Source: Hemiscyllium ocellatum (lineage: Eukaryota). From it: DNA of 64,000 nucleotides. Every line of letters starts with the position of its first letter. Positions within the stretch are counted from its first letter, which is position 1. The DNA lies in contig NC_083414.1 of assembly GCF_020745735.1 (NCBI RefSeq), forward strand, positions 54,194,013-54,258,012, read 5' to 3'. The notes under the pieces were generated by a model. It saw only the letters and a list, made by a program, of their open reading frames with translations, was not told the DNA's origin and ran no database searches. This document shows, one piece after another, positions 12,901 through 22,251 of this stretch. Both the position numbers and the translations under genes were made by a program.

Positions 12901-13769
12901 GCTGCCCTTTTGATCCACTCATAAATCCCTTCAACATTCTCTATGATGAAAGACCTGCAAATATTCTCGCCAAGTGGCAACCAGTCATCATTGGCACACT
13001 TCCTGCTAGTCTCATGGAACTTGTTTCAAACAACTCTTACTTTCTTCAGATTCTTTTCATTCCGATCTCTCTTGCTAAGTCTAGACTGTTTGGATTTAAT
13101 GACACATTGATTTCTGCCTTGGACCAGTTAGCACTTTTTTCATTCTTGCTTCTGTATACTGTGATTGCAAATGGTGTCTCAAATTAGCTTCACTTCACTT
13201 CTGCATTGGCTATGACAAAGCCAGAGAGTGCCTGTATAACTGAGTCACTGAGTTGTTAATTGTTAACTAAATAGGCAGTATGGCTGATACTAATATAAGG
13301 ATGGGATTTTTACTTTGAACGAAAACATGCCCAAGGTTGCACTGTCAACCTAATGAATATCAGGGAATGAACTGTATCACAATGAGCATTATGGCAGCTG
13401 CATGTATTGAGAATGCTATTCAGAGAGTCACATCAAGTAATGTGCAGATGCAGTTTGTGCACATGCTTTGTTCTTGGATATCTCTGGAACACTTTGTTGT
13501 CTGGTTTATTTTCCAGTCAGGTAATAGTTATACAAATCTCATTGTAGCCGCAAAGCTCAAGTAGCTTCTGCTTGTTCCCATTTACCTTTCCCAGATTCAA
13601 CAAGACCATGTGTCATAGTCTGTGTCCATTCCTGCACTGAAATTTCCAAATTGCTAAAGGTGTTATGATTTAGGAATGCCAATGATAACAGTGAAAAGTT
13701 CATTTAAAAATGGCCTTTCACCTCTATATTGAAACAAAGACGTTAACTAGCTTTCAGTAATAAGACATT

Positions 13770-14200
13770 ATTAGAACCATCATTTTTTGTGGTATTCAGC
13801 ACCTTCAGTTGCTTCCTGATACCATGTGCAGTGAGTTGAATTGGCTGAAAATTGGCATCTATGTTGCTTTGGAGCTGAGGATGAGGTCAAGGTGGAACAT
13901 CCACTCGGCAATCCTGGATGAAAAAGCAACTTTCTCTTTTGTCCTGATATGATGGGCTCCCCTTTCATTGAGAATGGAGAATATTTATGAAGCCGCCTCC
14001 TCCAGTTCACCGTACAATTTACCACCATTCACTACTGGAATGGCAGGAGTGACAGAGTGTTAACCTGCTCTGTTGTTGGTCAGATTGCTTAGTTCTATAT
14101 TGTATGCTGATCTGTTGTTTCGCATTATAACTGTGCTGTAGTTTCACCAGGTTGTCACTTCATTTTTCGGTAAGCCTGTTATTCCTGGCAGGCTTTGTCA
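13770..14200 (-). mobile_element. CR1-group LINE internal fragment
   Basis: Decayed similarity to the LINE family at 40310-41040 / 57036-58065 (aatttaccaccattcactactggaatggcagg... motif). Confidence 0.45.
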
Positions 14201-14212
14201 TATTCTTTACAT

Positions 14213-14504
14213 CATGGAATCTTTACAGTGAAAGCAGGCCATTGAGCCCATCAAGTCCACACCGATACCCCAAACAGTATCCCATCTAGGCCCAACCCCC
14301 TGCCTATCCCTGTAACACAGCATTTCACATGGCTAATCCATTTAGCCAGGATACTACAGGCAGTTAAGCATGGCCAATTCACCTAATCTGCATACCTTTG
14401 GACTGTGGAAAGAAACCGGAGCACTCGGAGGAAACCCACGCAGACATGAGAAGAACGTGCAAACTCCATACAGACAGTAGCCTGAGGGTGGTATCGAACA
14501 CAGG
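14213..14504 (-). mobile_element. HE1-like V-SINE, missing its 5' tRNA head
   Basis: V-domain ggactgtggaaagaaaccggagcactcggaggaaacccacgcagacatgagaagaacgtgcaaactccatacagacag and a CR1-derived tail (aggccattgagcccatcaagtccacaccga). The sequence breaks at the box-B region (atcgaacacagg). Confidence 0.85.
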
Positions 14505-15281
14505 TGCTCGCGATGCCAGAAGACGGGTGAATTCCACTCAATTGCCTGTCACTATCCCAAATGCAAAGGTGCTATGCAGACTGTGATGGGAGAGTTTCAA
14601 TGTGAAATCTGTGAGGCCAACTTCACAACCAAAAGCGGTCTAAGTCAGCATGAAAGACATATGCACCCGGAATTGAGGAATAACAAGCGCATAGAGGCCA
14701 ACAATCCTACAGCAAAAAGACAGAAAGGGGCGTGGTCTGAGGAGGAAGAAACCCTCTTGGAACAACTAGAAATAAGCCTCGCTGGCGCCAGGTTTATCAA
14801 TGCCGAGATTGCTAAAGTCCTAACAAAGAAGACCTCCAAGCAGATCTCAGACAAACGCAGGTTGCTCCAGAAAAAACGGCTAGCCCAAACCGCTACCCCA
14901 ACAATCCCTCAAGTGTCTGAGAGAGAGGAGCAAGAGCCCGTACATGAGGAGGAAAATGGCTTGGCGGCACCAATAGAGCAACAAGTTCCATATAAAATTC
15001 CGGCGACACTCCCTCAACACAGGGAAGTAGATGAACAGATCAGACAGGCCGAGGAACTATTGCAGAAAGCTAATGATCCACTCTGCATGGCTCAAGCTCG
15101 AGGGTTGGTAGACTGTATTACTGACGAAATAAACGGTGGACAGAACAGGAAACACCCCTGCAGACGGCAAAGAGAGATCAACAGAAAGGCCGAAAAGAAG
15201 GGCAACAGCAATGGTGCGAGGAAACGTTATGCCACTAAAAAAAGCAGTCTTTAAAGACCCCCAAGACTTATACCGAACCAA
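14505..15281 (+). mobile_element. R2 non-LTR retrotransposon N-terminal fragment (CCHC ZnF + CCHH ZnF + Myb; R2-A-like), outside rDNA
   Basis: The frame of ORF 14574..15254 is open upstream to 14505: CSRCQKTGEFHSIACHYPKCKG (CCHC), then FQCEICEANFTTKSGLSQHERHMHP (CCHH) and WSEEEETLL..RFINAEIAKVLTKKTSKQISDKRR (R2 Myb). After a frameshift in the A7 run it continues KKAVFKDPQDLYRT, resembling the R2 pre-RT motif. Confidence 0.85.
14574..15254 (+). pseudogene. 226-aa ORF: R2-derived C2H2 zinc finger + Myb DNA-binding domain, no RT or endonuclease
   Basis: ORF track plus the motifs above. The stop results from an apparent 1-nt indel in an A-run near the 3' junction. Confidence 0.7.
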
Positions 15282-16353
15282 AAGTTTTACATTTCCTGCG
15301 GTTGCAGGGGAAGGTGCTGGGAGTGGAGGTTGGGTTGGTGGGGGGTGTGGACCTGACGAGGGAGTCACGAAGGGAGTGGTCTTTGCGGAATGCTGATAGG
15401 GGAGGGGAGGGAAATATATCTCTGGTGGTGGGGTCCGTTTGGAGTTGGCGGAAATGACGGCGGATGATACGTTGTATACGGAGGTTGGTGGGGTGGTAGG
15501 TGAGAACCAGTGGGGTTCTGTCTTGGTGGCAGTTGGAGGGGTGGGGCTCAAGGGCGAAGGAGCGGGAAGTGGAGGAGATGCGGTGGAGGGCATCGTCGAT
15601 CACGTCTGGGGGGAATCTGCGGTCCTTGAAGAAGGAGGCCATCTGGGCTGTATGGTATTGGAACTGGTCCTCCTGGGAGCAGATGCGGCGGAGACGAAGG
15701 AATTGGGAATATGGGATGGAGTTTTTACAGGGGGCAGGGTGGGAGGAGATGTAGTCCAGGTAGCTGTGGGAGTCAGTCGGTTTATAGTAGATGTCTGTGT
15801 TGAGTCGGTCGCCCGAGATAGAAATGGAAAGGTCTAGGAAGGGGAGGGAGGAGTCTGAGACAGTCCTGGTGAATTTGAGGGCGGGATGGAAGGTGTTGGT
15901 AAAGTTGATGAACTGTTCAACCTCCTCGTGGGAGCACGAGGCAGCGCCGATACAGTCATCGATGTAGCGGAGGAAAAGGTGGGGGGTGGTGCCAGTGTAG
16001 TTGCGGAAGATGGACTGTTCCACATATCCTACAAAGAGACAGGCATAGCTGGGGCCCATGCGGGTGCCCATGGCAACTCCTTTAGTTTGGAGGAAGTGGG
16101 AGGATTGGAAAGAGAAGTTATTCAGGGTGAGGACCAGTTCAGTCAGTCGAAGGAGGGTGTCAGTGGAAGGGTACTGGTTCGTGCGGCGGGAAAGGAAGAA
16201 GCGGAGGGCTTTAAGTCCTTCGTGATGGGGGATGGAGGTGTACAGGGACTGGATGTCCATCATGAAGATAAGGCGTTGGGGACCGGGGAAGCGAAAATCA
16301 TGGAGGAGATGGAGGGCGTGGGTGGTGTCCCGAATGTAGGTGCGGAGTTGGAC
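15282..16353 (-). pseudogene. PLE reverse transcriptase (N-truncated, frame open, YIDD intact)
   Basis: The part of ORF 15268..16668 from QLRTYIRDTT onward. The preceding residues are antisense read-through. Confidence 0.85.
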
Positions 16354-17262
16354 TATACCTCCTCCCACCCTGCCCCCTGTAAAAACTCCATCCCATATTC
16401 CCAATTCCTTCGTCTCCGCCGCATCTGCACCCAGGAGGACCAGTTCCAATACCATACAGCCCAGATGGCCTCCTTCTTCAAGGACCGCAGATTCCCCCCA
16501 GACGTGATCGACGATGCCCTCCACCGCATCTCCTCCACTTCCCGCTCCTCCGCCCTTGAGCCCTGCCCCTCCAACCGCCACCAAGACAGAACCCCACTGG
16601 TTCTCACCTACCACTCCACCAACCTCTGTATACAGCGTATCATCCGCCGTCATTTCCGCCAACTCCAAACGGACCCCACCACCAGGGATATATTTCCCTC
16701 CCCTCCCCTATCAGCGTTCCGCAAAGACCACTCCCTTCGTGACTCCCTCGTCAGGTCCACACCCCCCACCAACCCAACCTCCACTCCCGGCACCTTCCCC
16801 TGCAACCGCAGGAAACACAAAACTTGCGCCCACACCTCCTCCCTTACTTCTCTCCAAGGCCCCAACGGATCCTTCCATATCCGCCACAAATTCACCTGCA
16901 CCTCCACACACATCATCTATTTCATCCGCTGCACCCGATGTGGCCTCCTCTATATTGGGGAGACAGGCCGCCTACTTGCAGAACGCTTCAGGGAACACCT
17001 CTGGGACGCCCGGACCAACCAACCCAACCACCCCATGGCTCAACACTTTAACTCTCCCTCCCACTCCACCGAAGACATGCAGGTCCTTGGACTCCTCCAT
17101 CGCCAGAACATAACAACACGACGGTTGGAGGAAGAGCGCCTCATCTTCCGCCTGGGAACCCTCCAGCCACAAGGGATGAACTCAGATTTCTCCAGTTTCC
17201 TCATTTCCCCTCCCCCCACCTTGTCTCAGTCGATTCCCTTGAACTCAGCACCGCTCTCCTAA
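16349..17262 (+). pseudogene. PLE thumb + Cys linker + GIY-YIG endonuclease (frame open)
   Basis: C-terminal part of ORF 15886..17262, with GIY-YIG motifs and the Neptune-type CxxC and His residues. Confidence 0.85.
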
Positions 17263-17413
17263 CCTGAAATCCTCTTCCTGACCTCTCCGCCCGCACCCCA
17301 CTCCGGCCTATCACCCTCACCTTGACCTCCTTCCACCTATCACATCTCCATCGCCCCTCCCCCAAGTCCCTCCTCCCTACCTTTTATCTTAGCCTGCCTG
17401 GCACCCTCTCCTC

Positions 17414-17449
17414 ATTCCTGATGAAGGGCTCTGGCCCGAAACGTCGAAT
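17414..17449 (+). ncRNA. Minimal type I hammerhead ribozyme (PLE, Neptune-type), intact core
   Basis: ATTC-CTGATGA-A-GGGC-tctg-GCCC-GAAAC-GTC-GAAT: stem I attc/gaat, stem II gggc/gccc, palindromic stem III ACGT, GUC cleavage triplet (predicted cut after 17445). Confidence 0.85.
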
Positions 17450-18929
17450 TTCCTGTTCCTTGGATGCTGCCTAACCTGCTGTGCTTTAACCAGCAACACA
17501 TTTTCAACTGAAAAATAAAGCCAACATGTGCTTCATTATATCTGCAGATACCAGGCAGATTTTAGAAGCCTGATTCATCTTGGTATCCTCTGTTATTCTA
17601 AAGACAGAAAAGAACTTTTCTGGACCTGAGGTGTCAGTTGAATCAGAAATCTGACTACATTATAATTGTTTCTAAAAAAAAGCTGGAAGATAAAATAATA
17701 AACAATACCGAAGAAGGAAAGCAACTTTACAGAAACAATTCTTTCAAGGATATAATGTTCAGACTAATCCCTGGATTCAAGTGGCAAAACAACAAGATCA
17801 GGTTAAAAAAAAACTTGCAAAAAAAGGGAAAATATTGTAAAGCATGTATTGAAAATTTGATTTGTAAAATAGGCAAACATATATTAAAATGTTGCAACAA
17901 ATACAAGAATAATATTGCCATATATTGAAAATGATAAAACAAGTATTAAGATAAAGTGTGATTTCTTAATGGGCAAACAGTTAAGATACTAAATTATACT
18001 AACATACTTTTAAGTAATGTTTTGTCTGAACGGGTTGATTAGAGATCATGAAAACAGCAGAACCTATTCATCTTCATCAACCAATATCACTATTCAAACA
18101 GATCAATGATAATCTGTGCTTTAATTGATTAAGTCGTCATTATAAATGTTACTTTTTCTGGACAACTGCGATGGTAAAATCCCTCCATTCGTCATGGAAG
18201 ATGAGTGTGCATGAGTTATCTTCCAAGGCTGGATTTTTCATTTGGAGTGGGATTTAATTTGGGCTGTGAACCTCTATGTCCAGCATGGCATAAAACTTTA
18301 TTTTCATTGTGTTCGAGTCTGAATGATCGGAGAAAAGGGTCCAGTGCACCCTTAGTACCTGGAATTCAGAAATGGAGGTGGGAAATAAGATTGAGCTATC
18401 AACCAATATTGTGCATGGTCTTAAAAAGTGAGAGTGTCTTTATCTTCAGAGTATCTTGGGAAAATGGAGAGCTGGGACTCATGATAGATTACGGAAATGT
18501 TGGTTTGTAAAATATTATTCCTGCTAGATTGGCTGCTTGAACTTGGCATTGTAACCAGCTGCCTTGACTTCAATTCACCAAACTAACAAAAGGGGCAACT
18601 TCACTTTCCCACCAATCCTCTCCTCATCCTTGGAAAATCATCAGAGTCATGAATAGAGGCAGCAGCCTCAATACCTTTCCCACTCCAAGTCAGTTTCAAC
18701 ACAAATTGGAACAGTATTTCCTGGTATTCAATGTTCATCCCGATTAATCCACCATGCGTCCCTTGGCAATCAATTAGATAAAATTACACGTTTGAATTTG
18801 CTACAAATGCCAGGAAATCGGTTGCCAGATCTTACCTCCAAGAATTCAAGTGAAAAGAAATGTCACAAAAGCAGCTGAAACATATTCAAAATATGACAGA
18901 AGTTGTGATGGAAAGAAGGTTCATCCATT

Positions 18930-19380
18930 TTCCTGAACCAACATTTGCTCACTCGCTACAGGGTAATGTCAAACAAAACTGACAAACAAATTTTAAAGAA
19001 ACACATCCCCTGGGATTTTAGATTTATTAGCTTAATACATATGATAGAAAAATATTCCAGGGCAATATAATTTTTGTTGAAAAAAAACTATAGACCAACA
19101 TGAGTTTATGAAAAGCTTGCCTTGTTTAACCAATCTGATGGAATTGCTGGAGGATGTAATGAAGTTTGCAGATGACAGTAATATAGTTGAAATTGTTTTT
19201 CTCTCTTCCAGAAGGGATTAGATGTGACTCACAAGATTCAATGACTTATGAGAGAGAGAGCACTTGGCATACAGCAAATAACCTTAATTTTAAAAATGAA
19301 GTGATTCAACCACAGAAAACAAAAGTAATCATAAAATAGAATGTTAAGCAGAGAGCTGTGATCACTGCCATAATTCAAGA
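18930..19380 (+). mobile_element. Old CR1 RT fragment
   Basis: caacatgagtttatgaaaagcttgccttgtttaaccaatctgatggaattg ~ QHGF-KG-SCLTNLxEF. Confidence 0.6.
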
Positions 19381-21111
19381 TGAACAAAATTTGTGAGTAA
19401 TATTTGTGCAAAACTTCCACTGACTACTATTTTGGTTGTCATCACTGATTTGACCTGATGTCTTCATTCTTAGGGAGTTAAAGGAAGTGGCTGCATGTGT
19501 ATATGAAACAAAACTAGGTTCCCCAGACCTGACTAAACAACATTGAATTATACTACACTTCAAACTACATGCATAGCCATCCATCTTTGGATCATTTTAG
19601 TAAAAAAGATAATATTACATTTTTCTTCTCACCCACTGTTATGATTCCTTGAGAGAATAATAACTTATAAAGAAAACAATGCTCAAAAAACCTCAATGAA
19701 AGGAGTCAATAGACAATGTTTCACTTCTGAAACCTTCTATTGCAATAAACTCAAATTTGACTTAAAACTTAATGCATGGCATCGAAATACAAGCAAGAAT
19801 TTCACTTTAAAGTGTCATGCCAACAAAGATATATGTCCTAAATGAACAAACATTCCCTTCAGCACTATGTAGGAGTGCTGTACCTACATGCAAAGTCAGT
19901 CAGGTATGCTTTTAGGGTTGCCTTGGATGAAGCAGCATAAACTAGCTGAAAGTGGTTCAGAGTTGAAATAAATGGCTGGGGAAGATTCCATAGTCTGCCA
20001 TTTGAAGTCAAACAACACACTCGAGTAATTAGGTACCTTCACAGAAGGAGTATATCCAAGGTAACTCAATTAAGATGACTCAAAACGCATCTCGTATAAT
20101 GTCGACAACAGGCCCTGTGAAACCAGAAGCAGACGGAACTATATGGCTGAAGACAGTGAGATAAAGTAAGCTGATCAAACCAAGTTGCTCAAAGTTGAGT
20201 TTATCATGGGATTGAAGTAAAGGGTCTGACCACACACTGGTTATGTATGCACATTATGTTAAAATCCCCAGTAATTGCATGAGGAGTTAAATGATTGGCA
20301 GCTGAAATGGGTTGATGAATTGTATTTAAACTCCTTATTTTCCTTTATTCAAAGGAGATATCTATGGACTGCTATCTCCCCACCAGTGCAAAACAATAGA
20401 CTCTTTGAAGCTTGAAGTGGCCCAAGCTATCAAATGATTGATTTCGTCACTCTGCCCCAACAGTTTTCACCTGACAAATTTCACAAGATGATTATTATAA
20501 TGAGACGTACTTATACCAAACAGTTTTCAACTGACCAGCCAATAACAACCCAGTTCATCATTCGGCCACTTCTCCCGTGCTTCTTCAGCATTTCAGAGCT
20601 CTTCGCATAGTTTTCCAGGTTTTATGCTGTCTGAGCAAACTAATTCAATATCTTGAAGTGCTCTTATTGACCTTTCTGCCAATGCTAACAAAAACCTAAT
20701 TTCTTCCTAAGTGAGATTTGTTTCTTCTCTTCACACACACACCTTGGTCTGTGTGTTCTGCTAACCATGGAACCTGAAATCATCAATTAGTTTTAGTTGG
20801 TCTTTTTCCAACCTAGTTTTCATCCACATAGCAACAATATACCAAGGCCAACTTTCCTGAAATGACATCAGGCCAAGAAATCCAATTACCCACCACTTTC
20901 CAAATTTCTATCATTTCACACTGGTTTGAAGTGATATTTGACAAATGCAAATTCATCACAACCTGGCCAACAGACTTGTTATGACCCTCAATCCCAATCC
21001 CAATCCCTTCAAATCTCATCTCTTCAAAAGAAAATCATATTCTGATAGTAACCAAATTTCAGCCATTCATTCTATGTTTTCACAACAGTTTGAATTTGAC
21101 CAATCAGTTTA

Positions 21112-21673
21112 AGTTATGCCCCAAGATGCTAAAACACATTGGAATTTGAATTTCATGTTTTGACAACATCATACCAATGAGACAATCTGGTGTTTGGCAT
21201 ATAAAGAGACCGGCATTTGAGAGTTAGCCAGAGAGTGTAGCAAACTGCCATCTGGAGACAGACGGCCATTCAAAACATTCTCCTATCAACAGTACCTTTT
21301 TCATATGAACATCTTTGTAGCAAAAGACCAAAGATGACCCAGGGAGATCTGCAAGCAGAGAAGGGAGGACACCAGAGACGACTGCCACTGTGTGGTTTCA
21401 AAAATTATGTTGATGTAATTTTAATGCAGGTGATTATTGGAACAGTAGATTTGGAGGCAGCTAACAAGCAGTCAGGAGAAAGGAGGCTTAGAGTGGTTGA
21501 TAGTTGTTGCTTAATGTTCACTTTTAGATTTAAAGAATAAATTGATATCTTTTCTTCAAATCGTGGAATTTGGGAGTCCTCTGTCATTCATACTTTAACA
21601 GATTATGAGGCGAAGTTAGCTTTTCTAGGTGTTTGATTTAATGAACAGAAAGATTCACTGCCATGCCATAACA
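21112..21673 (+). mobile_element. Possible solo LTR
   Basis: Near-inverted termini (a)gttatgc...ccataaca, a TATA-like catataaag and an aataaa inside. No clean TSD. Confidence 0.35.
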
Positions 21674-21739
21674 TCAGCCAAATACAAAGAGAGCATTTCA
21701 CAACAGGAGATGGTTGTTTAGGTGCACTATGGTCTCATC

Positions 21740-21945
21740 TGCCAGTTCAGGTGGAGATAAAAATGTTTCATAGCACTATTTCCAAGAAGAGTAGGGAGTT
21801 ATCCCTAGACTCCTGGTGTATATTGATCCATTAATTAATGACACATTCAAAAAACATATTATGTGGTTACAATATTGTTGCTGAATGCAAATTACTTACA
21901 ACAAAACCATTTCTATACTTCAAAAGTGCTTAGCTGGCAGTAAAT
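21740..21945 (+). mobile_element. Deu-domain SINE (SacSINE1/AmnSINE-like), decayed
   Basis: caggtggagataaaaatgtttcatagcactatttccaagaagagtagggagttatccc...cttcaaaagtgcttagctggcagtaaa resembles the Deu core and tail. Confidence 0.6.
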
Positions 21946-22251
21946 GTCCAGCCCTCCAAGTGACCAGCAATTCATAGAGACATGATCTTAGCCTTTGATG
22001 GGACTAAAGCCCTGATGCCAGACACTTATTTATCTGATGAACACAGAATCGCACAGAGGAAATGGTCAGTACAGTAGCCCCTGGCTTCTTCTCTCAGATT
22101 CAGGCCCATTGCCACTATCATTAAGCTCAGTCTTACACTTCACTATAACATTTGTATTCTTACATAGAACATAGAACATAGAACATAGAAGGATACAGCG
22201 CAGTACAGGCCCTTCGGCCCTCGATGTTGCACCGACCGAGTCCTACCTAAC

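Larger units (their letters stand above)
15282..17510. mobile_element. Neptune-type Penelope-like element with inverted structure (RT on -, GIY-YIG + pLTR + HHR on +)
   Basis: Minus segment 16353->15282 encodes DIQSLYTSIPH, GVAMGTRMGPSYACLF, LRYIDD, LPFLD, YYKPTDSHSYL. Plus segment from 16349 encodes the thumb, Cys linker PCNRRKHKTC and IYFIRCTRCGLLYIGETGR..RFREH..HFN..E..GMN. Inverted arms ~476 bp at 15282-15758 / 16349-16825. Confidence 0.93.

Noticed and set aside
14574-15254. Host zinc-finger/Myb transcription-factor exon
   Set aside because: Motif spacing is R2-like, both ends abut broken repeats, and no splice context is evident.
15886-16348. Gly/Val/Glu-rich N-terminal half of the 458-aa ORF, and ORFs 15057-15593, 15439-15837 and 16514-17113, as novel proteins
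   Set aside because: They are antisense or alternate-frame read-through of the C-rich PLE coding strand, which is poor in stop codons.
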